A stretch of DNA of 32,000 bases, from positions 210,001-242,000 of the forward strand of contig CP178758.1 in assembly GCA_047651235.1 (NCBI GenBank), given 5' to 3'. The DNA comes from Candidatus Electrothrix yaqonensis. Lineage in GTDB: Bacteria; Desulfobacterota; Desulfobulbia; Desulfobulbales; Desulfobulbaceae. How positions within the stretch are numbered: position 1 is the first letter of the stretch; the number at the start of each line of letters is the position of its first letter. Shown piece by piece: positions 30,787 to 32,000 of the stretch. The translations under genes were made by a program, and so were the position numbers. The notes below the pieces were generated by a model that was not told where the DNA came from, did no database searches, and saw only the letters and a list, made by a program, of their open reading frames with translations.

Positions 30787-31005
30787 GCAGGCGGAGCATC
30801 GGAAGAATCATACCCTTTCGGCAGGCAAAAGTTGGCAAAATTTTCTTTTTTCTGGTAGGTTCTTTTTGTTTCTTTCCGCTGTCGCGGACTGCGGGATCAA
30901 CTTCTTCCCTGTTCCTGTCGCGGAATTTTTCTGTAGTCCTCCTGGATGGCCACCCTGTTGAGTGTTGCCGCCCGATAACGACTGTCCTGAAAAACTCTTG
31001 TTAGG

Positions 31006-31446
31006 TTGCCGGAAGTGAAAATTATAAGTGAAAAAATAAAAGCTTTCTTTGATACTTTTGTTAACTTGGTTTTCGGCGTTATTCTCTTATTTATGATCAT
31101 CGGTATGGCAATTGGGACTGCGCAGCTTTTTTTCACGACTTGGAGACTGTTTACTTCCTCAGGAATAACCGGGCACTACATTAACCTTATTACTGATATA
31201 TTAACACTATATGTATTAATCGAGCTCTCCAGATCACTTGTGGATTACTTTAATGTACATAAACTTCGGCTTACATATATCCTTGATGCCGCATTGGTGT
31301 TTGTGTTGCGCGAAGCGCTTATCTCCCTCTTTAAACATGAAATTAAACCAGACATGATATATGCCTTTTCGACGCTTTTATTCGTGCTCGGCGCTCTTCG
31401 TATAGGGTCTATCCTTCTGTATCAACGAGAAAAACTTCTTCTATAG
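31006..31446 (+). CDS. psiE: PsiE-like (phosphate-starvation-inducible E family) membrane protein
   Basis: Four predicted TM helices. 'ILTLYVLIELSRSLVDYF...LTYILDAALVFVLREALI' resembles the PsiE family core. The start is uncertain: TTG at 31006 or GTG at 31015. Confidence 0.55.
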   Translation: MPEVKIISEKIKAFFDTFVNLVFGVILLFMIIGMAIGTAQLFFTTWRLFTSSGITGHYINLITDILTLYVLIELSRSLVDYFNVHKLRLTYILDAALVFVLREALISLFKHEIKPDMIYAFSTLLFVLGALRIGSILLYQREKLLL

Positions 31447-31465
31447 TGCAGAGTGAGTCTGCACC
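31447..31465 (+). terminator. Short hairpin immediately after the psiE-like stop codon
   Basis: GTGCAGA (31447-31453) pairs perfectly with TCTGCAC (31459-31465), with a 5-nt loop. It is followed by CTAATT, a poor U-tract. Confidence 0.3.
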
Positions 31466-31609
31466 TAATTCAGCTGTGTCGTCAGCTTTTTGCTTGTGAG
31501 TTACTGTCAAGGGCTGACTTGATCTATATGGACGTTCAAAGAGCTTTTCAGAACGACCGTTATCGGAAAACAACGTTCAACGGGATGACTACCCCTTCTG
31601 AGGGGGTAA

Positions 31610-32000
<391 letters not shown>

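Noticed and set aside
30832-30848. Sigma54-like element TTGGCAAAATTTTCTT upstream of the psiE-like gene
   Set aside because: The GG element is present, but the -12 region reads TTCT rather than TTGC. No enhancer-binding protein gene is nearby.

Overview
Bacterial chromosomal window, G+C-rich overall: hand-counted 60-nt lines in core genes give 63-68% G+C. The kinase, corrinoid and Fe-S gene content suggests an anaerobic Desulfobacterota-like organism, but that is inference only. I support about 31 protein-coding genes. I saw no rRNA, tRNA, CRISPR array, transposase or integrase. All domain names come from by-eye motif recognition; no searches were run.

Layout:
(i) 1-9.6 kb, signalling block. 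It holds an atypical receiver/DUF4388-like protein and a comEA-like gene. A corrinoid-protein + URO-D-type methyltransferase operon runs directly into a DUF1638-like/GAF-like/histidine-kinase fusion and a REC-PAS-kinase. A DUF3365(CxxCH)-PAS-PAS hybrid kinase lies convergent to these.
(ii) 9.8-13.1 kb, housekeeping: Ste24-like M48 protease, PPK2, CmoA.
(iii) 13.3-15.0 kb, a strikingly AT-rich, translationally coupled three-gene cassette: a pentapeptide-repeat/2-TM protein, a minimal nucleotidyltransferase and a small HTH-like protein. This is my top candidate for an undescribed conflict/defence-type module.
(iv) 15.2-17.7 kb: a biotinyl-domain-like protein + birA, and an orphan Tat-signal 4Fe-4S protein.
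(v) 17.8-24.6 kb, a mosaic accessory stretch. A secreted-protein gene is bracketed by a 51-bp direct repeat. A solitary 883-aa Roc-COR GTPase carries a perfect 48-bp coding tandem repeat and unassigned terminal modules; this is my second candidate. The stretch also holds a leaderless M23 peptidase, a UPF0175/DUF3368 TA-type pair and a decayed AT-rich spacer.
(vi) 25-32 kb: pbpC, a 651-aa unknown protein coupled to an HD-GYP phosphodiesterase, a psiE-like gene and the 5' part of leuB.
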